Origin: Selaginella moellendorffii
Lineage: Eukaryota; Plantae; Lycopodiophyta
Reading direction: 5' to 3'
DNA: 25,634 nt
Assembly (NCBI RefSeq): GCF_000143415.4
Contig: NW_003314496.1
Coordinates: 4,226-29,859, forward strand
This document shows, in pieces, positions 22,251 through 25,634 of this stretch; positions within the stretch are counted from its first letter, which is position 1, and the number at the start of each line of letters is the position of its first letter. The translations under genes were made by a program, and so were the position numbers. The notes beneath the pieces were generated by a model, which had not been told where the DNA came from, searched no databases, and was given only the letters and a program-made list of their open reading frames with translations.

Positions 22251-23068
22251 ACAATTCTTCCCCCAACAAAATCCTTGTCCCAAGGACTAGTTGTACTAGT
22301 GATCACCCTTTCTAGGGAACCCTAATTAAGCTTTTGATCCATCTTCTACAGCTATATACATTAAGGAGGCATTGGGCCCTTCACTTTGAGATAGTACACC
22401 TTTCAATTGGTTGATATAAAATACTAGATGACAATATCAGGTGCCTATTGACAGTTGCATTGGATAAGCCACCTTACCAATGCACTCCAGCACTTCATAT
22501 AGACCAACATATTGATAAGAAATTTTATCACTCTTCCCATTTCACAAAGGCACTAAAGTGTTTTGCCACTCACTTGACAGAAAGATCATTTGCATAAAGA
22601 CGAGATCACCCACCTTATATGAATGCTAGTAAATTGGCTGTGTCTCTGGTTCTAACATAATCCCAAGCTCCACATCTCATAATGGAGGCAACCCTTAAGG
22701 AAATTCAAATGAAAAAACATTGAAAAACTCATCGAGTACATCATATACTACTGCTTCTCCCCCCCACATGCTTTGGTCCCCTAAGTCATGAATAAATAGC
22801 AAGTAACTCAAAAGTGCTTTTCCATAACCTGCTTCAATAATATAGTGGAGAGTATAATAACTAGAGGTAGAACTCCTTCTCTAAACCACACATCTTTAAT
22901 GCCACCATACTTTAGCAAGACATGCTTAATACTCCATTTTATCTTTGGATCCACCTTCATTAACTATGACATCCCAAGAATGAAATTCATGGGAGATAAA
23001 AAGTCGCTCTACAAGTATGGTTTTGCCAACTAACACTTCTAACCCCTTTACACAAGTATTGAAATGCT
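22251..23068 (-). mobile_element. Decayed, internally deleted Ty3/gypsy (protease/RT leader fused to integrase end, PPT and probable 3' LTR start)
   Basis: 22660-23068 is the reverse complement of a relative of 20200-20910. GLYEVLECIGKVAY (GPY-like) at ~22465-22505. Minus-strand GGGGGAAGAAT followed by TGTTAG at 22253. Confidence 0.7.
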
Positions 23069-23733
23069 GAGCAATGCTCTATTTCGTTAAAGTGGGATTT
23101 ATTCAGTAAAATGGGACTAGGTACAAATTTTCAAGTATTTGAAAATGACGTGAAATTATATGTTTTTTGTCCAGGGGCTAGACATATCTGGGGCATGGTG
23201 ACTAGCACGGTGACTTTATGTCCAGACTGAGTCCATCTGGTTGTATAATAAATCTCATTGTCAAGGTGAACAAGCCGAATCTGAAACTAAAGAAGAGCGA
23301 TGGCATGTGCGCACACACTATTTGTTTGTTCATTGAGCGTGTGGTGAGCTTTCCAAGATGAACGTCATTCCTATTAGCCAGACATATCACTTAATGGTGA
23401 GAACATTTAGATATTATTCAATGTTATCTTTTTCTAACGAATCTAATTGTGAAGGTGTAGCAAGAGGTATTGCTAGTCTGGAGAAGTCATTTAACTCATT
23501 TAACCCTTAGTGTATTTTCATGAAACTAAATAACATTCATATTATTAAGGAATTTCTCTAGTACCTTTTTTTTACGACATAGAGGCTTGCATTTCTTTCA
23601 AAGGTGATTTAGTAAAAGGCCTGAGGGCACATGCCATTCTATTTCTCAGACCGGTATTAAGATATACTAGTGCAAAGGGAAAAAGGTATTTGGTGATCAA
23701 GTAAATGGCATGAGGGCACACGCCATTATAAGC

Positions 23734-23991
23734 CTAAGCGCTAGTGGACACCTCCTTTTTGGTACTCTCAGCGGTACTATCATCCTTCTCCGGGTCAGTT
23801 GTTTTGCTTTGGATTGTTGTCTCTGACGTTACTGGGGCGTTCTCGATAGTTGTTAATGTTGCCGTTTGTTCAGAAAAATGATCACCTGGAGTATAGTACG
23901 GGGAGTTTGGAAGACTTATATATTCTACATTTTCACCTATCTCCTTCTCCGTCTCCTTTTCTGCCTCACTTACAGATTTTGTGCTTGCCAT
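23734..23991 (-). CDS. Hypothetical 85-aa acidic, Ser/Thr/Glu-rich protein (MASTKSVSEAEKE...)
   Basis: Open frame with ATGG start, TATAA about 40 bp upstream on the minus strand, and higher GC than its flanks. No recognisable domain. Confidence 0.4.
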   Translation of the reverse strand: MASTKSVSEAEKETEKEIGENVEYISLPNSPYYTPGDHFSEQTATLTTIENAPVTSETTIQSKTTDPEKDDSTAESTKKEVSTSA

Positions 23992-24400
23992 GAGAACGCT
24001 CTTCACCCTAAAATATGGAGTTCGTTGTGTTATAAAAGGAAACCAACACACACGTTGCAAGGGAATGATGGTACATAAAGCACGTAAGCCCACAATATGG
24101 GTTTATGTGCCATTAATATGGGCCACACGCCATATTATTAGATTTATGCACGTGTGATTGGTAAATGCATATGTCACATCATCTTTGTTTTACCTCACAC
24201 ACTATATCAGGCCTAATGAACCATATCACATGTGCGCACATGCTATATATATGGAGAAGTATTATGCAAGGATAGAAATTCAATGCATGATTGTGGAGAG
24301 CAATGGCATGAAGCCACATGCTAAATAACATTTTAGAGAAAGATCTTGTTATTTGTTATTTGTATCATCTCACTTAGGAATGGCGTAAGGCCACATGCCA

Positions 24401-25598
24401 TCACGCCTCCTCTGATTCAGATTCGGATTGTTCACCTTGAAATAAAATACATTAGAAACTTAGTAAAGGAATATTCATGAATCTCACCTTGAACCCGGGT
24501 TATGAATGCTCTTGCTACATCTCTTGCATGGTCTGGCAAGGTGATGGTGGCACTCTGCTTCCGCATCCAACCATGCACAACATTATCCACCGATATGCTC
24601 ATGCTGGGATCCCTTGGATTCAGCACCCATCTCTTTTCTAGGCAATCGTTCGTATATCCGGAACTTGGCTTGAACCACTCCACAGTTACATTGAAGGAGT
24701 TAGTTTCTGCGTCCTCCTCTGCATCAGTGATGCAGCGCCCCACCCATATCATTTGTTTTTTATTACTGGGTCTGACAAGCACGACCATTCCTTTGCAGAC
24801 CTGTACTGGATTGAATGCTGAATCCGGCTTCTTGTTCCTCGGCCCACAATAGTGATCCTCAACATCGTTATCTGTCACTGCATTTCCAGAGGACATTGTT
24901 CCGCTACTATCTGGTGCTCTGGGTTCTGGCCAAAAGGACTCTTCCAATTCTTCATATACAACCGGCCCATTTTGGATAGCAGATATAATCTTCTCCCAGT
25001 ATTCGAGCAAAGGTTTGCACCTCTGAAAATAGGATTCTCCACCAAACACCAACCCCCTCTTCCAGAAGGCAATATGCTATCTAATCCCGGCCACTATACT
25101 TTCCTGGTCTTTGAGTCCATCCGGGTGCATCGGCCGTGGGGAACCCTGAGGAATCATAGGTTCCCCAGTTATGGGATCTCTCTTGAAGAGTTCAATGCCG
25201 TCCACTGGCAGCCACACTGTGTCCCATTCTCTCATCTTGTACCTCATCACTGGAGCACCGTCACACATGCTGAAATGAAACTGAAGAGGCTTGGAGTGGC
25301 CAATCAGCGTTTCGGATCCGTCCCTGATGTAGCCTCTTACAAACCCCTTAAAGTCTGGAACCTCTGTTAAAAGTGCAGCTTCAACAGTGCCTTTGATGCA
25401 ATTTTGGAATTCATCGTAGAGTTGTGGGAGGGTGAGGACATTGGATCGCCGGAGGGACTCTGCCAGGTGACTGAACATGGCATCGACGTCTTCATGAGTG
25501 TGCCCAACCATGAGAAAGCCAAGTGTAACCGTTTCAAATATGCCTTTGGCAACAAGCATCGCCAAGTACGCGAAGACGTACATGTTTTTGTTCTCACT
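24401..25598 (-). pseudogene. DNA transposase-like gene (Sola-type DDD / 'GHTHEDxD' family), C-terminal part, one nonsense codon, terminal 52-bp intron (24436-24487)
   Basis: ENKNMYVFAYLAMLVAKGIFETVTLGFLMVGHTHEDVDAMFS motif. ORFs 25077-25583 and 24432-25052 are in the same frame across one TAG. CAAG|GTGAGA...CTAAT...TTTCAAG|GT leads to a final exon GEQSESESEEA*. Superfamily assignment is from motif memory only. Confidence 0.65.
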
Positions 25599-25634
25599 GG
25601 ATCGTAGTAGTTGCGGGTCTTTGCTAATGTACTA

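Overview
Eukaryotic (plant) DNA. Short 47-86 bp GT-AG introns, an ALDH21-like fragment and a chromovirus with a canonical chromodomain suggest an early-diverging land plant such as the lycophyte Selaginella (inference). 1-10.6 kb: a tandemly duplicated block of two convergent, 5'-truncated pseudogenes (ALDH on +, Tic32-like SDR on -). The last two SDR exons are amplified as a ~355-bp tandem array (3 units in copy 1, 7 in copy 2), and AT-rich repeats separate the copies. 10619-18150: a young full-length Ty3/gypsy chromovirus (1148-bp LTRs, CTCTC TSD, tRNA-iMet PBS, PPT). Its most unusual property is a set of host-sized spliceosomal introns. Two interrupt integrase (47 and 52 bp), and removing them restores the D-35-E spacing and the GPY motif exactly. 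A candidate 55-bp exitron at the Gag/protease border would switch Gag-Pol to Gag only. A candidate 66-bp intron would excise the LTR end and PBS. A hairpin-rich 3' region carries two tRNA T-arm/B-box mimics. 18.2-25.6 kb: AT-rich repeats, decayed gypsy fragments in both orientations, and a Sola-like transposase pseudogene plus a small acidic ORF, each followed by a recurring palindrome.
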